Virus record (IMG/VR): IMGVR_UViG_3300011427_000007
Span: 1-36,177 of that record
Source of the DNA: a virus
Taxonomy: Duplodnaviria > Caudoviricetes
DNA: 36,177 bases
Direction: 5' to 3' (one strand)
Shown here one piece after another: positions 24,748 through 34,260 of this stretch (position 1 is its first letter; every line of letters begins with the position of its first letter). Made by a program: the position numbers and the translations under genes. A model generated the notes under the pieces. That model made no database searches. It was given only the letters and a program-made list of their open reading frames with translations, and was not told the origin of the DNA.

Positions 24748-25020
24748 ATAGAAAACAAAACAATTGTATTAAAAAACGGACAAAAAACAAGCTACTTTGA
24801 TTTAGTAGCTTTATGCTTTGAATCTAAAGCAGCTCAAGGTGTCACTATTGGGCAAATGAGAGAAAATTTTAAAATGATCGATCTTTTTATAACGGATCAG
24901 GATTCTATAGAGTTGACTCCAGCGCAATTAAAAACAGTAAAGGATACTTTAGATGGTATGATTTGGGGCGTTATGGACAAGCAGATAGTTGAAATGCAGG
25001 ATTATATAAATGACTTATAA
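24748..25020 (+). CDS. ORF of about 90 aa with no ATG at its apparent 5' end, possible fibre assembly chaperone
   Basis: Open frame IENKTIVLKNGQKTSYFDLVALCFESK...MQDYINDL* fills the gap between the fibre and holin-like genes. Confidence 0.55.
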   Translation: MENKTIVLKNGQKTSYFDLVALCFESKAAQGVTIGQMRENFKMIDLFITDQDSIELTPAQLKTVKDTLDGMIWGVMDKQIVEMQDYINDL

Positions 25021-25309
25021 TTACATACCTACAACGGTTCTTTTTATTTTGGGCGCTCAAACTACTGCCCAGACTTCGATAAATAACGAATTCGTACAAC
25101 TTGGTTTTTTAGGTTTATTGCTATCAATTCTAATTTGGTATTCCCGCAGCTCTTATAGAGAAAATATAAAAAGAGAGGCAACCGCTGAAAAGGATAAACA
25201 AGCTTTGATCGATAGGTACGAAGCGGCTTTAAAAGAACATGATCAAAGATATCATGAATTACATAAGGAAATTATGGCACTTTTAAAAATGAAAATTGAT
25301 GCTAAATAA
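25010..25309 (+). CDS. Holin-like protein (1 TM plus coiled coil; BhlA/UviB-like architecture)
   Basis: QLGFLGLLLSILIWY followed by a charged helical tail; lies after the fibre genes. Confidence 0.55.
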   Translation: MTYNYIPTTVLFILGAQTTAQTSINNEFVQLGFLGLLLSILIWYSRSSYRENIKREATAEKDKQALIDRYEAALKEHDQRYHELHKEIMALLKMKIDAK

Positions 25310-25445
25310 CTGGTCTATAATGTTTGCACTAGCTTTGGTTTTTCTGTTATTTGGACACTTGTTAGGTGTGAAAATAGCAAGGTTAAAAATGGACAAAGTA
25401 AAAAAGAAAAATATTGTTTTAGCCTTTTGTAAAAGGTCTGTTTGA
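25299..25445 (+). CDS. Small membrane peptide (48 aa)
   Basis: MLNNWSIMFALALVFLLFGHLLGVKIARLKMDKVKKK... Confidence 0.45.
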   Translation: MLNNWSIMFALALVFLLFGHLLGVKIARLKMDKVKKKNIVLAFCKRSV

Positions 25446-25456
25446 TTTTGGTTTTT

Positions 25457-25493
25457 CCCGGTCTGTTAATTATATTAATTAGACCGGGTTTTT
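25457..25493 (+). terminator. Rho-independent terminator at the convergence of the two transcription blocks
   Basis: CCCGGTCT...AGACCGGG followed by TTTTT. Confidence 0.75.
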
Positions 25494-26875
25494 ACATAAT
25501 TTAGGATCTTGGCTTTTACAGCTTGCAATAGACTTTCTTGTGTTTCATCCTTGCCCTCCAAAGATTTCAACACTTTAGTATCTAGTGTGTTTACAGCTTT
25601 AAGCCTGTATATTAGAACCGGCTTTGTTTGCCCTTGTCTGTCTAAACGGGCGTTTAGTTGCTGGTATAGTTCTAAACTCCACGTTTGACCAAACCAAATT
25701 ATAATATGCCCACCGGCTTGTAAATTCAAACCGTGCCCGCCGCTTGCCGGGTGCATTAAAAGAACTTCAATTTTGCTGGAGTTCCAATCTTTTATATCCT
25801 GATCGGTATTAAGTTCACGGCATTTGTAGCCCTTCAGGTATTCCTTAAGCCTGTAAAGATCGTGTCTATATGTCCAGGCAATTAACACGGGCGATCCGTT
25901 TGCATTTTCCACCAACTCCTTACAAGCTTCCAACTTTAAATCATGGATCTCATGGTAATTCTTATTTTCATCATAAACGGCGCCGTTTGCAAACTGGAGT
26001 AACTTATTAGACAAAGCAGCGGCGTTTAGAACTGTGATATTCTGATCCTCTCCAAGTGAATTGAGAATTTCTAAAATTTGTTCATTCTCGAAGTCATCAT
26101 ATTTTTTTTGTAATTCGTCGTCAAATTTGATACTTACATCAGTTATGATCCTTTGAGGCAAATCTAAATAGTCCGCCGCTTTCATACTAATACAAATGTC
26201 ACCTATTTTATTAAAAATCTCTTGTTGCGCGTTTTCCTTCAGCTTATAATTAAAAATAGTCGGGCCGTTGCGCTGGTTTGGTTTGAAAAATTGATCCCTG
26301 TAGGCTGTTATACCCCTGCCCAGACGCTCGCCGCGATCTAATAAATAGATCTGAGACCAGAGATCTATTAAACTATTCGGGGCCGGCGTGCCAGTTAAAA
26401 TTACAACACGCTTAAAGCCTGGGATCGTACGTCTAAGGGCTTTGAACCTTAAAGACGCCGGGTTTTTAAAAGAACTGCTTTCATCAACTATTAGCATGTC
26501 AAAGGGTAGTGTTTGACCTCCAAATTTTCCACAAAGCCAAGCTACGTTGTCGCGGCCAATTGTATAAATATTAGTTTGCTTTTTTAGGGCTGCATTCCTT
26601 TGCTTTTCGGTTCCTTGCACAATTGACAAAGTCAGGTGCTCAAGATGCGACCAATTTGAAATTTCATCGATCCAAACGCTTTCGGCGACCCTTTTAGGTG
26701 CTATTATTAAAACGCTGCTTATCTGGAATGTTTCAAACATTAGAATGTTTAAAGCTGTCAAAGTAGTGACCGTTTTGCCCAAGCCCATTTCAAAGAATAA
26801 ACCAGCGTGATCAAAATCTAATAAATGATCACGCCCTCTGATCTGATAAGGGTGTAAATCAGTTTCGTTTCGCAT
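25475..26875 (-). CDS. SNF2-family helicase
   Basis: EMGLGKT, DESS, LTGTP, SGGHGLNLQ and QLNARLDRQGQ motifs. Confidence 0.93.
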   Translation of the reverse strand: MRNETDLHPYQIRGRDHLLDFDHAGLFFEMGLGKTVTTLTALNILMFETFQISSVLIIAPKRVAESVWIDEISNWSHLEHLTLSIVQGTEKQRNAALKKQTNIYTIGRDNVAWLCGKFGGQTLPFDMLIVDESSSFKNPASLRFKALRRTIPGFKRVVILTGTPAPNSLIDLWSQIYLLDRGERLGRGITAYRDQFFKPNQRNGPTIFNYKLKENAQQEIFNKIGDICISMKAADYLDLPQRIITDVSIKFDDELQKKYDDFENEQILEILNSLGEDQNITVLNAAALSNKLLQFANGAVYDENKNYHEIHDLKLEACKELVENANGSPVLIAWTYRHDLYRLKEYLKGYKCRELNTDQDIKDWNSSKIEVLLMHPASGGHGLNLQAGGHIIIWFGQTWSLELYQQLNARLDRQGQTKPVLIYRLKAVNTLDTKVLKSLEGKDETQESLLQAVKAKILNYVKTRSN

Positions 26876-27062
26876 ATCTGATCTTTTTGTTCAAAGTGTG
26901 GATCCTTTGCAAACGGTCATTCACATCCTTTAGCATGTTTTCCAACATGGTTTTTCTACGTCTCAATTCCTTTTCATCGTCTGGCATAGTGATTAAGGAA
27001 TTCAGATTTTTAAGGCTTTCTAGTAAACCTTTGTAAGTACTTGATTTGATAATTTTTAACAT
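26859..27062 (-). CDS. Hypothetical coiled-coil protein
   Basis: Start placed at MLKII (27062), just after the upstream stop. Confidence 0.55.
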   Translation of the reverse strand: MLKIIKSSTYKGLLESLKNLNSLITMPDDEKELRRRKTMLENMLKDVNDRLQRIHTLNKKIRYAKRN

Positions 27063-27066
27063 ATAT

Positions 27067-27282
27067 CTACTTTTTAAAATGGTTACTTTTACATTGCTGA
27101 TCACAGAAATTAAAATTTGAAACTGCACTAACTCTTTTATATCCGGGCTTTCCGCAATAATCACAAAAGAAATAAGCCCGGCCTAATTGCACTTTACAAA
27201 GCATAGAACAAAAATTTTGTTTTCTGAGCTTTGCAGGAATTATTTTAATTTGTTTACCACAGTGGGCACAATTGACTATCAT
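27067..27282 (-). CDS. Zinc-finger protein with two CxxC...FCxxxC units
   Basis: CAHCGK...FCSMLC and CDYCGK...FCDQQC. Confidence 0.75.
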   Translation of the reverse strand: MIVNCAHCGKQIKIIPAKLRKQNFCSMLCKVQLGRAYFFCDYCGKPGYKRVSAVSNFNFCDQQCKSNHFKK

Positions 27283-27974
27283 AAGATTGTATATAGTTTT
27301 TCAACTGCTTTTCTTGATCCTGTATCCTTTGTTAAAGAGCTGCTTACTTGTTTTTGCCAAATACAATCAAACTCTTTTGGCATATCGTACTCGCTAATAA
27401 AAATATTGTGGCCCTCCAGAGCTTTAGCATAACACCAGCCATAAAATTCATTGTGATCGAAGTTTTTTGTTTTATATTTGGTCGTACCCCTGTACGGTGG
27501 GTCACAATAAATTATGCTTTTTAGTGGAATTTCTAAATCCATATAATCACAACAATAAAGATCTATTCCTTTTAAATTCGGAGCCTGTTTAACAACGTTT
27601 TGGTAAGCTTCAAAACGGTGGTTTCTAGATCCCTGGTTATCTCTGCACCAACCTGCAAAAAATTTGCTTCCGTAGGATAGCTGAAAACCGAAATAACCAA
27701 CCAACTCCAGAGGGTAAAAGTCTTTGTTGTTTTTAATTTCGTTGTATTCTGATTCTGTATAATTAATAGCAGGTGTCCAGCCATTCTGCAAAGCCTTTAA
27801 CAACTCTATTAAATATGGGTTTATGTCTGATCCAATTCGCAAGCCTTCTACTTTATCAATCGTATTGGCCCCGCCCACAAAGGGCTCAACATAATATTGA
27901 CCGGGCTTTCTATTTTTCAGAATTATAGATAAAATCTCTTTACTAATTAATCTCTTTGATCCTTGATATTTCAT
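27279..27974 (-). CDS. DNA adenine methyltransferase (D12 class)
   Basis: MKYQGSK, EPFVGG, DIN, IYCDPPY and ISEY motifs. Confidence 0.9.
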   Translation of the reverse strand: MKYQGSKRLISKEILSIILKNRKPGQYYVEPFVGGANTIDKVEGLRIGSDINPYLIELLKALQNGWTPAINYTESEYNEIKNNKDFYPLELVGYFGFQLSYGSKFFAGWCRDNQGSRNHRFEAYQNVVKQAPNLKGIDLYCCDYMDLEIPLKSIIYCDPPYRGTTKYKTKNFDHNEFYGWCYAKALEGHNIFISEYDMPKEFDCIWQKQVSSSLTKDTGSRKAVEKLYTIL

Positions 27975-28221
27975 TTGTCGAATCAATTACATAAACTTTA
28001 AACCCTAATTTCCTAATTTTACCGTGCACAAACAATTGTACTTTAGTTGGTAACTTTCCAGTTGTTTTTATCTCCGCAAAGAAAACAACGCCGCCGGGTA
28101 AAAGTGCAATTTGATCTGGCAACCCTTTAACAAGATAGGGTAATAGCTTTAAAGACCAGCCCCCAGCGTCTTTAACAGCTTGTTTAAATTTGCGCTCTAT
28201 TGTTTTTTCTTTTTCAACCAT
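27943..28221 (-). CDS. VRR-NUC domain nuclease
   Basis: EKTIE...GLPD...FAEIK...Q...LGF.V.VIDS. Confidence 0.9.
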   Translation of the reverse strand: MVEKEKTIERKFKQAVKDAGGWSLKLLPYLVKGLPDQIALLPGGVVFFAEIKTTGKLPTKVQLFVHGKIRKLGFKVYVIDSTNEISRIKEIN

Positions 28222-29297
28222 GTTTCAAAGATATGAGTAATTACGTCAACCGTCCATCCGTTGCCCAGCATTTTATATCTTTGCGTATCGCTAACAAAAT
28301 TAGTATAATTGTCGGGCACCGTTTGCAGTCGCTCGCATTCGATAGGTGTTAACCTACGAAGTGCAGATCTACAGTTTATCAGATCCATATCAGAATGATT
28401 GCCGCCGCTATTTCCTGCGACAGTCAAACATGCTGCTTTTAGTTGTTCTTTTTTGGGGTGCCCAGATCTATTAAAAATAAGATTGTCCTTTTCTACAGTA
28501 GTTAAGCAATTGCTTTTACCCTCCGGCGCCGGTTCTAAAATTTGTTTTACCGGGTTATCTGAATAATCTTTGCGCAATCCGTTTTCGTCTAAACGCCGTC
28601 CTACCATTTTAACACAGGTCATACCGTTGCTTTGGGCGCCTTTGTGCATTGTAGCAGCTAAACAAAAAGATTTTTGGTGTTTTTCTCTAATTTGTGTTTG
28701 AACGCGCGCTCTATTTGCCGTGTTTTCAGAAATGTAATACTTTTCATCAACTTCGTTTTGCAATATATCTTTTAAATAGATTCCTTTGTCATTAGGTTGC
28801 TCTATTCCTTTTATGTTTGTCCAATATAGACGCCTTCGACTTTGGGCGCTTACCAAAGCGCTGTTTATTTCAATCGGTTCGACGCCCAAAAGATCCGAAA
28901 TGACTCTTTGGTGTTCTTTTTTCATCCTGACATTTTCCAATAAAAACACTTCAGGGTTTAACTCATTTTTCAAACGTACAAATTCAAAAAATAGCTTACT
29001 CCGGGGATCTTCAAAATTTAATTGTTTACCCGCAAAGCTAAAGCCCTGGCAAGGTGAGCCACCGATCAGCATATTAATTTTAGGTAAGTCAAGATCTATT
29101 ATATTTCGTACGTCTCCAATTTGGATCGTGTTTGGGTAATTTGCTTGTGTTACCTGAATAGCATATTTATCTATTTCACTTGCAAAATAGTTATCATATT
29201 TGATCCCAGCCCTGTTTAATGCAATTTGGCCGCAACTCATACCGTCAAATAAGCTAAGTACTTTGAACTTTTCGCCTGTAATATCTTTGTTTTCCAT
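28197..29297 (-). CDS. DNA cytosine-C5 methyltransferase
   Basis: LSLFDG, GGSPCQ, LENV, AQSRRR, RLTPIECERLQ and LGNGW motifs. Confidence 0.93.
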   Translation of the reverse strand: MENKDITGEKFKVLSLFDGMSCGQIALNRAGIKYDNYFASEIDKYAIQVTQANYPNTIQIGDVRNIIDLDLPKINMLIGGSPCQGFSFAGKQLNFEDPRSKLFFEFVRLKNELNPEVFLLENVRMKKEHQRVISDLLGVEPIEINSALVSAQSRRRLYWTNIKGIEQPNDKGIYLKDILQNEVDEKYYISENTANRARVQTQIREKHQKSFCLAATMHKGAQSNGMTCVKMVGRRLDENGLRKDYSDNPVKQILEPAPEGKSNCLTTVEKDNLIFNRSGHPKKEQLKAACLTVAGNSGGNHSDMDLINCRSALRRLTPIECERLQTVPDNYTNFVSDTQRYKMLGNGWTVDVITHIFETWLKKKKQ

Positions 29298-31602
29298 AAA
29301 TACTGAAATTTTTAGTTGATTTGCAAGATTCCCACTCTGGTAAACTCTTTAAAATCTGGTTAATATCCTTCGTGTTGTACCTATTTGCATCACTTTGCTT
29401 GTTACCCAGACATTCACACCATATCTCAAATATACAAACAAACTGCCTTTTTTCGCCTTCTGTAGGCTCTTTGTCATAGAGTAGGATCTTTCGGGCGTCC
29501 GTATCTAATTCATTCCAATTTGACGGCAATTTGCGCTCTAAAAATTGTTCTATTGTACCAGTACGTTCATCTATTTCTGTGTGGTTCCTTCTTTCGCCGT
29601 TTGCAATCAAATTAGCCTCCTTACTTAAAAACAAGCTTTCGCCTTTACGATATAAATAAACAGCTTCAGCCCAAATCTGATCTATTTCGCTATCGAACTC
29701 TTTTGAAAAAACGTCTTTTGTGATCATTTCCGGAAAAACATCGATAGGCATAAACCTCCGGTTGCCCGTTGCTTCCTTCAGGAAAGCCAGATCGTTTGTA
29801 GTTCCAAAGAATACGCATTGCCTTTTATATGTTTCAGCAACGTGGCCATAGGCAGGCCTGAAGGTGTCTTCCTGTTTCGTAATGAAATGCTTTACCGCTT
29901 CAACCTCCGCCCGGCGGAGCCCTGCGAGTTCTGCCATTTCAATTAGCCAGCAACCCTGTATTTGCTCCAGGGCCTCTTTACCCTGGACACCCATAAAGGT
30001 ATCAGAAAACCACATTTTGCCAAGCTTTTTAATGAAAGTACTTTTGCCGGTGCCCTCTTCGCTTACCAGAGTAAGGACTAAATCGAATTTAACGCCCGGA
30101 TCATAAATCCTTGCAACGGCGCCCACTAGCATTTTACGGATTGCTTCACGTGTATAAACATTGTCGTCTGATCCAAAATAATCAATTAACAAATTATCAA
30201 CACGATCCACGCCGTCCCACTGTAAAGATCCTAAGTAGTCTTTTACAGGATGAAATATGTTGCGTTCAAATTCTAAATTCAAACTGTCGTCAATTTTTAG
30301 GGATCCTGAAATCTTATAAACGGTTTCAATGTAATTTCGAACGCCTGAAAAGTCAACATTTTTAACAGGCTCCGGGGTTTTTACAAGTCTCCAGGGCAAA
30401 TTTCCACATACATATTTTTTATTATCAAATTCATTTTGTTTGAACTTTCCTTTTAACCTGGGATCGTTTGCAAAGATTAGGTTTATGTTTGTAGAACTGC
30501 TTAGATATGCGCCGCGTCCATCAACCTCCAAATTTTTAGCCCAATTCAGATCAACTGGCTCAATCTCAGAAATCCCAAAATCAAATTTTGCAGAGTCTAT
30601 AGTATCACTTGCGATCTGAATCCTTGTGTTTTCATCCTGTTTACAAAGGTCTTCCATTTCTTTAAGGCTTTTTTCAGGCCCTAAATGATCAAACTTGTGT
30701 ACCCTTACTAAATCAAAGGCATTGCATAACATGCCACTTGTAGGATCCGTCCCGTGATGTGAGTAGGAAAATTTGTCATCATAAGTTATCAAGCCCCCTG
30801 AGGTTGATCCCTTCACGTAAGTGTATCGATCACCGTCAAGCCGTTTATATTCAGAACTTAGGAAAGTTTCGATCGCCGCGTGAATATCGTAAGCCCGGCA
30901 AAATGCACCGATTAAGCCCCGTTTCAATTCCGGATCGGCTTGCTTTGTGGCGTTGTTCTTAATTTCTTCAATTACTTTTGTAGCAGTGGGCCACTGCGTT
31001 GTGTCAGTCCAATCAAGATAAGAATTAAGAATTTGATCAGCATTTAACCACGTCCCATCTTGAAACTCAAAATAATAATCCTGATCGATCGGCGTTGAGG
31101 GCCAAAACATTAATCTATTTGTTTCAAAAGTAGTGTTATCAAACAATTCGATCCCGATATCTCCTGCAACTTTACGCGCGATCGCCACGTATTCGTCGCT
31201 GGAAACCTCACGATCTAAAGGAATCAATAAACGAAACCGTGGCGCGGCGGCGCTGTGTTTGTGGGTACTGTGCAGAATCGCGGCGCAATCAAAAAGCAAT
31301 GTAAAATCAAACCAAAGATCAGCTTTTGCAAAGTCAAGATCCAAAGTAAGTAATTGCCGGTGTATTACATTTTCAGGTTTTCGACGGCTTGCACGCAAAT
31401 AAGCGCCCACATATCCACCAACATCCTTAATTTTTGATTGTTCTTCTTTGGTAGCTTTTACAAAGTCTGCAAGCGTTTCATTGGTTTTATTTGTTTCGCT
31501 AATCCGTTTAACAAATTTAGACCATGTCATTTGCTTGTTGCGCCAAAGCTTGCTTTTGGCACTTAGTCCGGTTGCAATATCCAGATTGCCGTCGTGTATC
31601 AT
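29254..31602 (-). CDS. Primase-helicase (AEP-like N-terminus plus VirE/VapE P-loop)
   Basis: LTLDLD...HSTHKH...PRFR; EGTGKST Walker A; IEMAEL; GTTN...GNRRF. Start placed at the ATGA overlap at 31602. Confidence 0.9.
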   Translation of the reverse strand: MIHDGNLDIATGLSAKSKLWRNKQMTWSKFVKRISETNKTNETLADFVKATKEEQSKIKDVGGYVGAYLRASRRKPENVIHRQLLTLDLDFAKADLWFDFTLLFDCAAILHSTHKHSAAAPRFRLLIPLDREVSSDEYVAIARKVAGDIGIELFDNTTFETNRLMFWPSTPIDQDYYFEFQDGTWLNADQILNSYLDWTDTTQWPTATKVIEEIKNNATKQADPELKRGLIGAFCRAYDIHAAIETFLSSEYKRLDGDRYTYVKGSTSGGLITYDDKFSYSHHGTDPTSGMLCNAFDLVRVHKFDHLGPEKSLKEMEDLCKQDENTRIQIASDTIDSAKFDFGISEIEPVDLNWAKNLEVDGRGAYLSSSTNINLIFANDPRLKGKFKQNEFDNKKYVCGNLPWRLVKTPEPVKNVDFSGVRNYIETVYKISGSLKIDDSLNLEFERNIFHPVKDYLGSLQWDGVDRVDNLLIDYFGSDDNVYTREAIRKMLVGAVARIYDPGVKFDLVLTLVSEEGTGKSTFIKKLGKMWFSDTFMGVQGKEALEQIQGCWLIEMAELAGLRRAEVEAVKHFITKQEDTFRPAYGHVAETYKRQCVFFGTTNDLAFLKEATGNRRFMPIDVFPEMITKDVFSKEFDSEIDQIWAEAVYLYRKGESLFLSKEANLIANGERRNHTEIDERTGTIEQFLERKLPSNWNELDTDARKILLYDKEPTEGEKRQFVCIFEIWCECLGNKQSDANRYNTKDINQILKSLPEWESCKSTKNFSIYGKQRYYRRKVQST

Positions 31603-31898
31603 AGTGAATTTAATATGTTTTGTGCTTTTTTTGTTGCTATACTTAAAAAAGCACATCCGTTGCTCACTCTAGGCATTCCGCTAAATTTAAGGCCCTCTAA
31701 GTAATGTATTAGGCTTTCCAAAGCTTGTTTTTTATCTTTACTAGCAAAGGGGCTTTTAGCATTTTTACGTACTCTTTTGGGGGATCCTTTACTAAAGATA
31801 TTATAGTAGTGATCCGATTCTGTTAAAACTTCGAATTCTTTGAATTCTATAACGATCTCTGATTTTACTTGTTTGGCATACGCTTTATACAGTATCAT
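31599..31898 (-). CDS. Hypothetical protein
   Basis: ORF track; overlaps the primase start (ATGA). Confidence 0.65.
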   Translation of the reverse strand: MILYKAYAKQVKSEIVIEFKEFEVLTESDHYYNIFSKGSPKRVRKNAKSPFASKDKKQALESLIHYLEGLKFSGMPRVSNGCAFLSIATKKAQNILNSL

Positions 31899-31905
31899 AT
31901 TATTA

Positions 31906-31943
31906 AGAATTAAAAGTTTAGAATTAAAAGTTTAGAATTAAAA
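31906..31943. repeat. 14-bp tandem repeat (AGAATTAAAAGTTT) x2.7
   Basis: Read directly from the sequence. Confidence 0.9.
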
Positions 31944-32050
31944 AGTCCAAATATTAGAAATGTTGAGGTAAACAGCCACGCCACCCCGCCGATCTCTAAA
32001 TTTGGACTTAAATATTTTTCACAGGCTGTTTTTAAGGCGGTGTAAAGATA
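31939..32050 (-). promoter_or_regulatory. Structured leader/attenuator-like element upstream of the primase operon
   Basis: Stem 31943-31952 / 32000-32009, with loop segments complementary to 32024-32031 and 32036-32040. Promoter-like TATCTTTA at 32043-32050. Confidence 0.55.
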
Positions 32051-32065
32051 ATAAAAATTATCAAA

Positions 32066-32278
32066 TTAAACACTTTCCAAATGTTTATTTAAAATTTTTA
32101 TTAACTCGCTTTGTTCTTTTACTGAATCCTCCGCCCGTTCGATCATTCGATCTAAATGCCATTGTAACTCTTGTCTAATAACTTCGAGAATTTCTACCAG
32201 TTGCCCGGGTTCGTAGGCTTTGATAAATTCTTTTGCAGCTTCACGCGCTGCCTGGGTATGTTTTGCGTTATTATCCAT
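32066..32278 (-). CDS. Hypothetical helical protein
   Basis: ORF directly after polA. Confidence 0.65.
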   Translation of the reverse strand: MDNNAKHTQAAREAAKEFIKAYEPGQLVEILEVIRQELQWHLDRMIERAEDSVKEQSELIKILNKHLESV

Positions 32279-32279
32279 A

Positions 32280-34244
32280 CTAATCTTTTTTATAATATTT
32301 AGTTAAATATCCATCTGCATTGAGTGGCAAAGTTTTAGCCCACTCAGGTTTTATACACATCAATTCAATCATATCCTTTAGCTCTATTTCACAATATTTT
32401 TGCCAAACTTCTGCTATTATTTCATCATGCACGTGCATAACAATATGACAGCCGTGATCATTTAAAGTTTGCATTGCGAAAGCCAAAAGATCACGGGCGA
32501 TCGCCTGCACTATATTTTCTACTAATTTAGGGCCATAGGTTTCGATCCAAGTCCATTGTTTAGTTTCCTGATCTAGGCCCTTATATCTTATAGTTTGCTT
32601 TTTAAATTTATTAATTGTGTAGCAGGGTTCCTGATAAAACAGGCTTCTACCTGAAGGAAGTTTTATTTGTAAAACTGACCCATCATACAAATATCCAATT
32701 TTGGCGGGCCCTGGACCCTCAAAGTATTTGCGGGGGTTATTTAACGCAGCCTTTGCATAATCTTCGGTAACACTCCACAATTTTACAATGTTTGGATTGT
32801 TTTTGCGCCAAAGAAATACAAACTTTTTCATTTCAGCTTTGGACAATTTTATCTTGCCTGCACTCATTTTTTCAAAAGCCCCCACAGCACCGCCAAATCC
32901 AAAAGCTAGCTCCGATACTTTTCCTATCTCTCTGGTTACTGAGCCCTTTGTTACTTCTTCAATAGGAACACCAAACATTTTGGAGGCGCTCGCTTCGTAT
33001 ATTTTGCCATGGGTGTTAAATATGTCGAGCCTCCAGGTTTCGTTCGCGAGCCATGCGATCACCCTTGCCTCAATTGCTGAAAAGTCGGCAACTGCGAAGG
33101 TTTTGTTTTCGGGCGCGACAAAAGCTGTTCTTACCAATTGGGACAAAACGCTTGGAACGTCGTCAAAAAGTAAATAAGCTAATTCAAAATCATTTTCTTT
33201 GATAACCTCTCGGGCTAAATCAAGATCTTTCATAGTATTGCGGGGCAAATTCTGGAGTTGTATAAGTCTACCAGCCCAACGCCCCGTCCTATTTGCCCCA
33301 TAAAATTGAAACAGTCCCCTACTTCTTTTATCTTTGCCCGCGCTTAAAAGCATGACATTATATTTTTTGACGCTTGTACGTCCTAATTTTTTCCTGAGTT
33401 GTAAGACATCCCTAACAATGCCAGCGCCCAATTTTTCTATGATAGGATCAATATGTTCTTTGTCCAGGCTTTCATATCTTTTGCCGGTGTGATCAAATAT
33501 CCATTGTTTGAGTTGGTGCAAGCTGTTAGGGTTGTCTAGTCCTGAGATTGTTTTTATTTGTTGTAAGGTTTTATTCTTAAACCTTACATCTATTTCGGAG
33601 GCTGCTTTGGCAAATTCTAAGTCAATTTCAATGCCGCGATCGTTGATTTCCTGATCTAAAATATAATCATACCAATCAATAGCGGGCATTGTGTATTTAG
33701 CTAACGTGTTATGGTTAGATCTTTCCACTTCCACGTCCTGTATACAATATTCTTTGAACAAATTCCATTTTTCTGGATCCGTCTCTTTAGTGTTGCGTAA
33801 ACGTCCGCCGTTTGCTTTTGTTGGTTTGCAGGGTTTGCAGGGTTTGCAAAAGAAGTTAACAAGGGCCTTGCCACCTTCCAATTTACCTTTGATGTTTAAC
33901 GCTTTCGCTATATCGTCCAGGATCAAAGGAAGGCCGCAATATGCACTTTTAACCATTGTACAAAACCATTGTGAAATATTCGTTTCGAAGTAGCTTTTGT
34001 TTAGACAAACACGTTCAAAATTGGCATTATGGGCGTGCAATCCTTTGTTTTTTAATAGTGTTTCAATTAGTTGGTGATCTTCGATCAGGTTGTCAGTCAA
34101 ATCCAATATCTGAACCGGTTGATCGTTTATGGCATATGCGAATAAAAGGATCTCGAAGCTTGGATCAGCGGCGTATTTATAAACACCCACATCTGACAAG
34201 TCAAGATCGCAATATGTTTCAATATCAATAAAAATGTTGTCCAT
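32280..34244 (-). CDS. polA: Family A DNA polymerase with a 3'-5' exonuclease domain
   Basis: DIET, AHNANFE, RTGRWAGR..QLQNLP, motif A DFSAIEARV, motif B R...K..EL, motif C HVHDE. Confidence 0.95.
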   Translation of the reverse strand: MDNIFIDIETYCDLDLSDVGVYKYAADPSFEILLFAYAINDQPVQILDLTDNLIEDHQLIETLLKNKGLHAHNANFERVCLNKSYFETNISQWFCTMVKSAYCGLPLILDDIAKALNIKGKLEGGKALVNFFCKPCKPCKPTKANGGRLRNTKETDPEKWNLFKEYCIQDVEVERSNHNTLAKYTMPAIDWYDYILDQEINDRGIEIDLEFAKAASEIDVRFKNKTLQQIKTISGLDNPNSLHQLKQWIFDHTGKRYESLDKEHIDPIIEKLGAGIVRDVLQLRKKLGRTSVKKYNVMLLSAGKDKRSRGLFQFYGANRTGRWAGRLIQLQNLPRNTMKDLDLAREVIKENDFELAYLLFDDVPSVLSQLVRTAFVAPENKTFAVADFSAIEARVIAWLANETWRLDIFNTHGKIYEASASKMFGVPIEEVTKGSVTREIGKVSELAFGFGGAVGAFEKMSAGKIKLSKAEMKKFVFLWRKNNPNIVKLWSVTEDYAKAALNNPRKYFEGPGPAKIGYLYDGSVLQIKLPSGRSLFYQEPCYTINKFKKQTIRYKGLDQETKQWTWIETYGPKLVENIVQAIARDLLAFAMQTLNDHGCHIVMHVHDEIIAEVWQKYCEIELKDMIELMCIKPEWAKTLPLNADGYLTKYYKKD

Positions 34245-34260
34245 AAAAATCGCAGTATTA

